Assembly (NCBI RefSeq): GCF_902459465.1
Contig: NC_047071.1
Location: 3,534,001 to 3,598,000 of the forward strand
Source: Asterias rubens
Lineage: Eukaryota
Length of the DNA: 64,000 bases
Direction of reading: 5' to 3'
Part shown: positions 52,812-64,000 of the stretch, piece by piece
How the letters are laid out: each line of letters opens with the position of its first letter
Position numbering within the stretch: position 1 is the first letter of the stretch
Notes under the pieces: generated by a model
What the model was told of the DNA's origin: nothing
Seen by the model: the letters and a program-made list of their open reading frames with translations, nothing else
Databases searched by the model: none
Translations under genes and position numbers: made by a program

Positions 52812-55656
52812 ATGGTGAGATTGACACAACTACTTCTTATGGCTCGTCGTGCTTCTTCAAGTTCAAAGGACAAACCATCCTGGGAGAAGATAAATCGACA
52901 TTTCCGCTACGGAATGTCGCGACCATGGACAATTCAATCTCAAGTTGCTAATATGCCAGGACGAGACCGCAAGAAGGTTCAAGTTGAACCAATCAAAGAC
53001 TGGAAGTTCTTCAAAGGAGATTTTGTGAGTCCATTCATTAAATTAAGAGGATTGCTTGTAAACTAGTATTTCAAAGTGACATGTATGAATTGAATATCGT
53101 TGCAATGTCAGAGGATTAGGAAATGAAATCAAATGATTTATTTTGTAATTGATCTTTAAATCTTTGGGAATTTCTTAAGTACATACATGGTATTTATAAT
53201 ATCTTTGTTGTCACTACAGGTTCAAATTCTGAAAGGAAAAGATGCCGGTAAACAAGGAATCATTAACGACGTCATTAAAGAAAGGAACTGGGTCGTCGTT
53301 GAGGGACTGAACTGTGTAAGTACAACATTAATTAATAACATACTTCCAAATCTCTACAAACAAACTAAATAATCTGGCTCATAAGTGATGTCATAATGAT
53401 TGTAAAACCTCTTTGGTATGGTATACACATAAACGGACTGGCATGATCAGGTCACTAGAGCATTTCAACCCCCCCCCCTCCCTTGGGGCTGTGAGTGGCT
53501 AGAAGAGTGATCAATTACACACATCGGTCCAAAATATGAAATAAGAAAAGAAACTGTTCTGTAACAAGTCAAAAATTGTAAGTCTATTGCCCGCTTTAGA
53601 CTACACACGCACGATGTCTTGAACATTGGTCTTGAATTGAAGCGTGTCTAGTTCACAGTGGCTCAAATCTCATAAACTAGCCTATATTAGTTAAACTCCT
53701 CATGACCTTGTTTCAACCAACCAGGATACAGAACTTAACTAGCTAGCAAGAGGGGTGTTTGTTCTAAAAGTTCTAAAAATAATTTTTCTATCATTCACAT
53801 AGTCCATGCTGTGTGATAATGTGTTATTTCTTTCTAATGTGATTTATAGCATTATAGATACATTGGTAAGATGCCAGGGTACAATGGAACATATGTCGCT
53901 AGTGAAGCACCTTTGAATATTCATGATGTCGGACTAGTTGATCCATCAGATAAGTAAGTTGCAATCTTGAAGTATTTCTAAAGTAGACCACATTAATAGA
54001 GATGTCTGTATCACCATTATTGGTTCTTGGGGAAAAGATCATCCACAACATACCTCAAAATTATGTCTTAAAGCCATTGGACACTTCTGGTAAACAGTAT
54101 TGTCCAAAGGCCCACACTTCGTGTATCACAACTTATATATTATAAAATAACAAATCTGTGAAAATTTAGGCTCAATCGGTCATTGGAGTCGGGAGAAAAT
54201 AACGGGAAAACCCACCCTTGTTTCTGGACGTTCCGCCGTGTCATGACATGTGTTTAAAATAAATCCGTAATTCTCGCTATCGAGAATTGATAATTGTTTT
54301 AATGTTTTCTCAAAAAGTAAAGCATTTCATGGAATAATATTTCAAGAGAAGTATTTCACCATTACCTTCTGTAAACCCTGTAAGTTATTTGTAAATCTGT
54401 GAACTTTTATTTTTTCTTCTGTTCCGAAAGTGTATAATGGCTTTAATCAAAACTAAATAGTGAGACCGCCAACATAACGGGCTAAATGGGTCAGTCAGTA
54501 GAGGGCTGGCAAGGTAATCCGGGGGTTGCATATTCAATATAGCTGTAGTCAATTTGTCTTTGTTCAACCCAACATTATTTTAAATAAAACGCTGTACGAA
54601 GCTAAACGCTGATTTCACAATTTAGAACAAGTTTTGTCTTCTAGTTACTACAATTTCTTGATTTGTGCAATTCATTACCAATGTTTGTACAACAGAGATT
54701 GGCTGTTGCCAGCTTCGTGTTTATATCCCCTTGTGGGAGTTTGCGAGTTCCCTTGACGAGAAAGACTTAGACAAAACACTCACAGATCATTATACTGTAT
54801 TATACAACTTAAATCTCTCCATTATATTTCTTACAGCAAACCAGCAGAGATAGATTTTCGATTCACAGAGGCTGGCGATCAAGTAAGAGTATCTAAACGC
54901 ACTGGAAGAATTATACCCATCCCACCCACCGCTAACGAACATAAAGACTACAAGACAAAGGAATCCTATATTGGTACGAAACTAAGCATTAGTAATAATA
55001 GATAAATCTTATATAGTGCAAAACATAACTGGAGGAAATCTCAATGCGCTTGACAACACTGAAAGTTACAGATAATGAGTGAATGCAAGTTGGAAAAGGA
55101 GGGTTTTGAGATTTGAAAATTTTCCATGGTAGCAGCTGTTCTAAGAGAAGATGGTAGAGCTCTCCACAACTTGGGCGAGGTTTATGAAACCCTCACAGCT
55201 CCAACTCCTTCTATACCCAATTGCCAAAAGGAAGGATTCAGGACTGATGAGGCCCACATAACAATTGCGTATCATGGAATCAGTCATTTCATCCAAGTCC
55301 AAACCATTTGATATGTAGTGACATAGGAGAAGAGGATAGTGGAGGATTTAGGCCACATGCCAGCCAAACTGCCTAGTCTTTCAGGCCGTAAAAAAAAGAG
55401 GTCAAGGCCATTTTCATTTTGCAAAGAGCACTTCCACTGGAAAATATTAAAGTCACTGGGAAACTTTTGAAGGGTAACAACTTGACAAATTCTGTTTGAC
55501 GTTTTCTCCCATTTTGCAGAGCAACCCAAAGACACAGTTCTGAAGGATGTTTGTGAGAGAACATACAAGCCATCATTAAAGACTGTTGAAGAAGATCTAA
55601 TGGAAGCCAATAACATCGTAGAAACACGGAAAACAGCTAAAACATACTGGTACTGA
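52812..55656 (+). CDS. MRPL24: 39S ribosomal protein L24, mitochondrial (228 aa)
   Basis: Exons 52812-53024, 53220-53315, 53850-53953, 54837-54973, 55520-55656. KOW region [42 protein letters not shown]-terminal TYWY. Confidence 0.95.
54072..54442 (+). mobile_element. TTAA-flanked MITE, related family 2 (MRPL24 intron)
   Basis: TTAA|AGCCATTGGACAC...GTGTATAATGGCT|TTAA. Shares the internal TGTGAAAATTT...CTCAATCGGTCAT motif with family 1. Confidence 0.75.
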
Positions 55657-55975
55657 ACGGACAGCTAAACTTCTGATGAAAGCGTTTTTGTGCTTTTATA
55701 TCGGGAACAACAAAACTTTTCTGTCCACCACTTTGCCAGCTCATGTTGAAGGCTTCACATTAAATGGACACAAGCTAAAAACTAACAAATTGGCGACAAG
55801 TGGAAATACCAGATGGACACCAGGCAGTGTAAACTTATTTTCACCAAGTTGAAATTTAGACTTGACCAGTCTGGCATTTAGTCAGTGTGATGATGGCTTT
55901 TAGTAAATTCAAATCTGTCCGACCCAGTGTATGGCTCATCAGGCAACCGTTTGTATCTGGTTTCATTTGCATTAA

Positions 55976-56344
55976 AGGAACACGTTGCCTTGGATCGGTC
56001 GAGTTGGTCTTTGAAAAGCGTTTGTAACCGTTTGTTATAAAATGCATATGGGTAGAAAGATGTTGTAAAAGTAGAATACAATGATCCACACAAACATGCC
56101 TCGAAATTACACGGTTTTCCTTTTACCTCATCGACTAACACGGTCGGCCATTTATGGGAGTCAAATTTTTGACTCCCATAAATGGCCGACCATGTTAGTT
56201 CTCACAGTAACAGGAAATCCACGCAATTTCGAGGCAAACTTGTGTGGATCGTTGTATTTTACTTTTAAAACGTCTTTCCAACCATATGCACGGTTACAAC
56301 ACTTTTTATAGACCAACTCGTCCGATCCAAGGCAACGTGTTCCT
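55976..56344. mobile_element. TTAA-flanked foldback MITE, family 3
   Basis: TTAA|AGGAACACGTTGCCTTGGATCGG...CCGATCCAAGGCAACGTGTTCCT|TTAA. Arms are complementary along most of their length, with a central GGGAGTCAA...TTGACTCCC hairpin. Confidence 0.85.
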
Positions 56345-58035
56345 TTAAGCGACTGAGAATATTTTTGCTTCCACCTGGACAAGATTGCCAGTTCAAATGA
56401 TAGGTCACTCCCAGCTCTCGTTGGTACCCATTTGTACACCTGGGTGTAGAGAAGCAATTATGGTAGAGTACCTTGCTCAAGAGTCATCACAGATGAAGGC
56501 TAAATGTCATTGAAATCATTTTATTGTTTTTTGAACAACATGATCTAATTACCCTATTGATTGGTAATTGAGAAACCTAGACTTGATCAGTCTATCTTTC
56601 GGGCAGCTTGATGATGTACTTCAAGAAAAGTATACATGATTTCGTAAGATGAGTCTTATTAAAGAAATGTACACAAATATTGATTTTCTTTCCTTTGTGT
56701 TTCTTTGTTTATACCTTTTATCGGAAACTAAGACCGACAGTGTGTTCTCGGTCAACCACAGAGAGGCCATTTAGATGTGTGAGGAATACCCAGGGGGGAA
56801 ACCCACGCAACCAGGTAGGGAATGAAACACCATTTCTAAATGCAAGGCTGCACTGGTCCAAGGTGGGATTCGAACCAGTGTTCACAAAAGGCATAGAAAG
56901 AAACTACTGATCAACCTGATCAAATTGATGATACTTAATACTAAAAGGGGAATTGGCTGTTGCAAACTGCTAACCAACCAAAAGGACATATAATATACAT
57001 GCAAAACAAATTAAACGGCCTGAAGTTTCAACCCCAGCTGAGTCTTTCTCGAAGGCTAAATGACCTTAAGATGATAGATCCATAATATGGAATGTCAATT
57101 CGGATGTCAAGGGGGAGGATGGTTATCGGCGGACAAAGTTCTTTCTGAAAGCTCAAATTTAATCATTTCACACCAAACTAAACAACAGATCAAGATGTGG
57201 AATAATTTAACAGCTGCTTTCACTTTATAAAATACATTGTACAATAATAATAATAATAACTTTCGATTTATATAGCGCCTAATAATTAGCAATAATTATC
57301 TAAGCGCTTTACAAATAATGGATAATTACACACAAATTGGTGTACATGAAACAAAAAATAATATGCAACTTTTAAATCCATTGAATTTAGATAAAAACAG
57401 CAATGTGAAGTAATAAAACTATGATGTACACAGCATTAATAAGAATGATAACTGTTCACATTTATCTTTCAGGCACTGATCCAATCTATATTCTATATAC
57501 ATAGACCTGAACCAAATTTGAACCAAAATTAATATTCTTTATCCCCGAATGCAAATTGCCATCTATTCACTTTGATGTTACTGCTGACTTTCAAATTCAG
57601 TGTTAGCCCAGACTTCATACAAATAGGCAAAAGTGAGAAATCCTTAAGTCAAGCGAACTGCACGCTTGCTAAATTATCTTGCTGACCCTATGTTCATTGA
57701 ATTGAATTGAATCCAATTGCATTGAAACGCCCTCCTGGAGCAACATCAGAAAAAAAATTTTCTGGTAAAATGTTCAACTCATAGCACGCACACTGTTTTT
57801 GAGGTTGCTTGCTCTATGTTCTGACACCCCTATGTTCTGGTTATCCCTTGTGGTCTACACACAAAGGTTACAGTTTGAAATACAGTTCTACAACTGTTGC
57901 ACACAAAAAAATCAATCTTAAACTTTGTTCAAACATATGTGGGTAGTTACTGCACACTTCTTTTGGCACTTGACATTTATAAGGAAAACATTATTTATAA
58001 CTGTTTCAAGTCAAGATCCTTTTTAAAAAGCTCTG

Positions 58036-58153
58036 TGGTGGTTTTCATTAAGAGTTGGGACTAGTCTTATCTCGAGTTACTAGTCCTAACTTAGGACTAG
58101 CTGTACACTTTTGATATCTCTTACGAGTCCTAACTCTTTGTGAAATCGACCCC
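58036..58153. mobile_element. GGGTCGATTTCACAAAG-family MITE
   Basis: Right end CTTTGTGAAATCGACCCC and internal AGGACTAGTCCT repeats. Related to 63786-63915. Confidence 0.6.
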
Positions 58154-58560
58154 TGATTACTTACGATAAGGAACAAGTTTGGGATGAATCAAGAAGATGG
58201 TGGAATTCCAAGAACATCTCTTAGAAACTTGTTGATTCCTTTAAGACAACCAGAGCAAAAACTGACGAAAAGTTATTTACTAACCCAGCTTTACTAACTA
58301 CAAGATATATTCCGATGGTTACACAGCAAAACACCTCATATTGTTATAAATCCATAGTGTAGAGGTATGAATGCTTAGTTATAAATGTATTTACAATAAT
58401 GGACACTATCTGCTAACTAAAACTGAAGTTCAGGAAGAAAAAAATAGCTCAAAATAAGTGCTTACAAGTTTTTTAAGAAGTGATTACGATTCAACATTTT
58501 AGGCAGGAATATTCAGCATTAATGAGAAAGCCCTCTTATTATTACACAATAATCGTTGCT

Positions 58561-58753
58561 GGGCTCAATTCCACAAAGCACTAATATATAAGACAAACTT
58601 TAAGATTAGTTGTCAAAAATTATTGTTAGAAAGTATCACGCTAAATTGCTTAGTAAAATATGATGTCACAGTTCAAGCATATTGTGACAACACTAAGCAA
58701 TTAAGAGTGATGCACAATTAAGATCAATCTTAGCCCTTTGTGAGATCGGCCCC
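58561..58753. mobile_element. MITE with GGGCTCAATTCCACAAAG / CTTTGTGAGATCGGCCC ends
   Basis: Imperfect TIRs, with CTG at both junctions. Confidence 0.55.
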
Positions 58754-60409
58754 TGTAGGTGTATAGACCACGACTTGGACATTCCAGAGCCTTTCCAGCA
58801 GGCAAATTACTACACAGGTCATATGGAAAACTTTATGTAGTAATTTCTACAAATTCAACAGCTGAAGAAAGTTTGAGATGTCTCTTTCTTTATATCAAAA
58901 GTAGATACAAATCAGACAGTCTCCATCTCCATAAATCTCCATAAAGTTTATGTTTTCTTCAATCGAGCTGTCTGGCTGTGTACTAATCGTGCCTGCAGCA
59001 ACTCCATGATTGGTTGCTCTTTTAAACATGTGATGTCACAGGCAGTCACATGGTGTATTACCCTTGTCAATCTCTTATGTTACACAACATTGCAACAAAA
59101 TGAAAGCTCTTTTATAATAGAGTAATCTTGGTTAATAAATCAATAACATTTTCTGAGTAATAAATAATGTTTCAAAAAGCAAACAAATTAAATTAAAGAT
59201 ATTGGTCTTTTTTTTAAGGAAAACGTTCTTAGAAACCACATTAACAACATTGTAACTTTTCTACATTTTTATATATCAACAGATATACAAAGCTATCTTA
59301 ATTGACTTGTTTAACTATTACCTTTAGTGTTGCCATCTGTTTTTTGTTTTTTTAACGTAGACAAATATTGATGTGTAAAATGGAGTCCGACCAAAACAAA
59401 TTCAAAACCCAAAGTGTACCTTGGTTTTGGAGCGAGATATGATATTTCTAGTTATAGGGAAGGTATACTTTTGGTCATCACTCTTTAAATTAATGGCAAT
59501 AAACACTTACTGGGGTATAAAGCATTTTGAAAATCACTACACTTCAAAGTAATGTGGTTATGTTTAAATGTAATAACATTTCCACAGGTTAGTTTTAATG
59601 TATGTATCTGCATTTATATAGGATTAAAACCATCAAACGATTCCAACACCAAACACCAAAGGTATTTACTCTTGCATGCACTCTGGGTTCAAACTAATAT
59701 TCAAATAAATTTTACAAAAAGTTATGAAGAAGTTTGTCTCAATGATAAACTAAAAGACTTAAAATATAATGCATTCATAATATTGTTTAAAGTGATTAAA
59801 TCATACTGGCTAAGAGTTTCAAATTTTACAGACAAAACACCAACTACATGTACCACCTCATTCCACTCTCAAGAAAACAAAACACATTTTTATATTTTGC
59901 TGATCTCTTAGCAACCTTTACATTTGTTGGAATTAAACAACTTTATTAAAAAATAGACCAAATCGCTTGTCACTGCACTAGCTGTTATAAACTTCAACAT
60001 CAAAATATTATAAAAAATTTACAAAATAGAGATTTGTTTAAAGTCTTATAGGACTCACAGTAATGCTGCGTAACACCATGTAAATTCCAAAAGTGATTTT
60101 ACTAAAGTGCATTTTATTCTTGAGTCGTCTCGAAACACAATCAATTTGAGTAATATCGCAAGTTTTGATTTTTTGTCTACACTTCTAATCCGTCAAATCT
60201 GAGAAAGTTTATTTTTTAGTATGTCAATTAATTTGCATACCTTTTTTTTTTTTAGTATTTATTATTTTATGTGCTAATAGCCTCACAATCTTTTAATAGT
60301 CTCAAAGAATAGTTTGTTTGTGTCTTGAAATAACAACACAACGACGAGTAAAAACATATTTTATTATTTATCCCCGATGCAAAAACAACATCTATAAAAT
60401 CGATGTGAT

Positions 60410-60612
60410 ACCCGCGGCTAACACATAGGATTCAAACTGCCTCCAGCTACCAAGCATTCTCGGTGGTCTAGTTGTATGACACTGATAAAGAATTGCAAAG
60501 GTTGTGGGTTCGAATCCAACCCAAGTGATTTCCCAGTGGATTTCTTTCACAAACTCGGGGAATGAGTATTCAGTGCTTAATACACACAGTGTAAGGGTAA
60601 ACCCGATTATTT
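60410..60612 (+). mobile_element. tRNA-derived SINE (second family)
   Basis: GGTGGTCTAGTTG A-box, GGTTCGAATCC B-box, tail GTGTAAGGGTAAA. Reverse copies at about 13560-13715 and 30775-30975. Confidence 0.6.
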
Positions 60613-61511
60613 ATTACATATTTAACTGAGACAGTGCAGGTTTTAATAGTTTGGACAATCATCCAACTAGCGTTTCATAGAATCGTCTCCTCCAATGCAT
60701 GAACTCTTCAAGTTGACGCTATCAGTTTTATGGAGTAGTAGATCCATGAGGACATGTGTCACACGACTTAACATCAAGCGAACAATTCTGAGTTGGGAGA
60801 CAAAATGGACAAATAAAACAATTCAATAACAGAATATTTGAAACAAACTAAATACAATTGTCTATGATTTTAAAAATCATATTGTTCTCATTGCAAAATC
60901 TACATTGGTCATTTAGATAATGCCTACGTAAGAAAGATACATATGTGGTGTTAATGCAAACCAAATATCTATTGATACCTCATCATGCAATGCCTCAAAC
61001 CCCGACGCCTATGTAAGTTATGCACACAAATACTATAGACAAATTAATTTTCTTCACACGTGAGTGGTGTTATGATAGAACAGGTCCAAAAATGTTGACA
61101 ATCTAGAACTGCACATTTGTGTTTGTATATAAATATTCATCAAGCTATCAACTACTTAAAGGGCAACATAAAGAAGGGGTTTAAACTAAATGAGCAAAAC
61201 AGAAAAACAAAGTTATATACAATACTTTGATATTGAGATAATAATAACAATTATTATTAGTAAAAACATTAGTTAATAGTCATATATTAACAATAAATAA
61301 CAATTAACATTGGTATATTCAAATATCTGCTTAAAAGACACAAAATTATTCAAATGTTAAATTAACAAATAAAACACTTAAGAATAAGACAATGAGAAAT
61401 ACAGATAATATAAAGTGACAAACACAAAACACAAATGGTAAGTTTTCAATACAGTGCATTAAAATTAATAATTTGTTGCTTCCAATTTAAAGCATTAGCT
61501 ATTGAGTTTAA

Positions 61512-61874
61512 AGGCAGTGGACACTATTGGTAATTACTCAAAATAATTATTAGCATAAAACCTTACTTGGTAACGAGTAATAGGGAGAGGTTGATAGTAT
61601 AAAATATTGTGAGAAACGGCTCCCTCTGAAGTGACGTAGTTTTCGAGAAAGATGTAATTTTCCACGAATTTGATTTAGAATTTGAGGTCTCGAAATCAAG
61701 CATCTGAAAGCACACAACTTCGTGTGACAAGGGTGTTTTTTCTTTCATAGTTATCTCGCCACTACGACGAACAATTGAGGTCAAATTTTCACAGGTTGGT
61801 TATTTTATGCGTATGTTGAGATACACCAAGTGAGAAGACTGGTCTTTGACAATTACCAATAGTGTCCAGTGTCG
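61512..61874 (-). mobile_element. Kolobok-like MITE family 1
   Basis: Left TIR and TTAA intact, right TIR degenerate. Confidence 0.8.
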
Positions 61875-62096
61875 TTAATTAATCCTCTAAGATTATCCCA
61901 TCAAACTATTAGATTAAAATGGGAACTCAATATAGCTTTTTTTATAGAAACAAATAAATTTGGAAAAATAATCTTGGAGGGGAAACTACCTTAATTTTTT
62001 ATTGTAATTTGTAACAAAAAATCATCCAAAACTTACATGAATTAAACTTTGGATTTAATCAAGAAGCATGAATATCAATGAATAATCTTAACTTAC

Positions 62097-63969
62097 CTCT
62101 CCATCTTTAAACTCTTCATTTATTTTTTTACTCTCAGTTTCAAGTGTTTTATGAAGACCACATCTTTCTTCCAAGTTGTCCTCAGTCAGACAATCTGTTG
62201 ACAAAACATTCAAAATACAATCAGAAGAGGATTGTGGAATATCAAATAAAAAAAATTAAAATAAAGAAGAAGCAGTAGTAGGAGTGTAAAAGTAGTAATA
62301 ATAATATTAATATAATAATAGAGACATTTGCAAAGCGCCTAATGCGACAAGCCTCTAAACGCATAAGAGCACAATAAAATATAAAATGAAAGAAAGATAC
62401 AATTACAATATTCAAATAAGCAGATTAAAAAAAGCAGCTTCAACCAATAGGGTTTGAACAGAGACCTTTTAAGAGAACTAGTGTGGCAATTACGCACAGT
62501 CTATGGGAAATTGTTAAAGGCAGGGACAAAGGAAAGATCAAAAGAATGCTCCACAAGGGTGCAGTTTCAAGACTTTCTGGGTTGACATAGGGGAACAAAT
62601 GTCTGCATTGTGTACGACTCTTGTTATTTTGTATAATCATGTCCTTACCTTCGTGTTCTATCTCAACCGCTTTGAAGGTGGATGAAGTCCCATGATTGCT
62701 ACTACAGCTGTAACTACCATCAGAAACATTTTTGATAACCGTGACTTCCATCTCAAGTAATGAAGATGAATACCTAGTTAATCTCACTAAGTGTTTGCTA
62801 TTCTCAATGAAGGTAGCATTGTCAGCTAAAGAGTTAAAAAATAAACAAAACAAATAATCTTGATTATAAGATGATAGTATAAGAAGACGATAATTTTGAA
62901 ATAGAAAGAAACTAAAAACATTGTTTATCCCCATAGCATGATCATCACTGGACCTTAAAAATTCCGTAAGAAAATTTGCAGCCCGGTCTATACAGGCACC
63001 TTGGAGTTTTTCTTACACAAACAGACACGTTACTTGCATTTGTATATAGTTGGTGGGTTACATGAAGTGCTTAGACTGCCAGCAACTGTTTTGATAACAA
63101 AAGAAAATTCTGTTCAAACACTCACTTTTGGTCCAACTAACATTTAACTGTTCAGTGTTGAATACTCCATAGTCGAATTCACAGTACAGGACTATCTTAT
63201 CCATCCCACATACTTTAACAGACTTTTCAACTGGCTGTACAATAGCTGGAAAAATACAACAATTTAACCAACAAAAATTATTAATCAAATAGGATTTGGC
63301 AGTTTGTGGGATAATCTCATTCTAAACATCTCATTTTTACTGGATAGGATTTGCACTTTGTGTGGTTATCTTATTTTCAATGAACAGAATCTGGTCAGTA
63401 TATGGGAAACTCTTACTTTCAATGGAAAGGATATTCAGGTTGAGGGTACGTACACTTTAATCTCATATTAACGGGGTAAAATTTGCAGTCTGTGGAGTAA
63501 TTTCATTTTCAACTACGAATAGGATTTTCAATCTTTGGGATTATCTTATTTTAACAAATGATTTTCAATCTGTAAGGTAATCATATTTTCACTTGGTATG
63601 ACTTGCAGTTTGTGGAGTAATCTCAACCTTATGATATGGGATAGTCCTGTTGAGGAACTAACAGGCCAAACCATTTTCATCAGTTTCATTCGTAGAGAAC
63701 ATTTTCCACCACTGCATGTAAGAATTTAAACATTTTGTCACGGTGGCATTTTGTAATGTACAGTCATTGGTTGGAGACGCACCTGGGGTTGATTTCACAA
63801 AGATAGTGCTACCTTAGAACTAGTCCTAGGACTCTTGGAGTTATTAAAAACTTAAGGCTAGTTCAAAGTTAGGACGAGTAACTCATCCTTACTCAAGATA
63901 AGTTAAATCCAACCCAGATTCATTGACTTACCCGACTTTGGAGAACCATCTCGAGGATTTCCACTGGGA
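62097..63969 (-). CDS. Ig-like domain protein, partial (5' exons outside window; last exon not resolved)
   Basis: Phase-consistent exons 63969-63932, 63782-63663, 63245-63126 (IVLYCEFD...LNVSWTK), 62825-62649 (LEMEVTVIKNVSDGSYSC), 62194-62097. Ig C...W...DxGxYxC pattern. The two most 5' exons are less certain. Confidence 0.6.
63786..63915. mobile_element. GGGTTGATTTCACAAAG-family MITE filling a short intron
   Basis: Left TIR follows CTG at 63783-63785. Internal AGGAC/GTCCT motifs as in the 58036 copy. Right TIR remnant AAATCCAACCC. Confidence 0.6.
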
Positions 63970-64000
63970 CTGTTAAAAATAAAATTAGAAAAATCACTTA

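Noticed and set aside
60667-60788. Candidate last exon of the Ig-domain gene
   Set aside because: The acceptor is plausible, but two frames are possible and the phase-0 one gives only 19 codons. I cannot decide, so it is left out of the model.

Overview
AT-rich, intron-rich animal genomic DNA, most likely an invertebrate deuterostome and probably a sea star (inferred from gene content and repeats, not proven). I assembled nine spliced or single-exon genes by reading GT-AG boundaries and checking frame. In order: a 5'-truncated MAM/EGF/TM protein (+); a complete MAM2-EGF3-TM paralog (+); a divergent otopetrin with a single coding exon (-); ARMC6 (-); two intact head-to-head STRA6-like paralogs (- then +); a 149-aa secreted furin-type precursor with one EGF and an unrecognised Cys-rich module (+); MRPL24 (+); and a 5'-truncated Ig-domain gene (-). 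Introns and intergenic DNA carry many non-autonomous DNA transposons (TTAA/Kolobok-like, Harbinger-like, one foldback with a 9-bp TSD), tRNA-derived SINEs and simple repeats. No true tRNA, rRNA, CRISPR array or autonomous transposase was found. Best leads: the small secreted EGF + Cys-module precursor; the STRA6-like pair around a central foldback; the otopetrin with an H-to-Q change in its TM12 motif; and MITEs placed where they could affect splicing.
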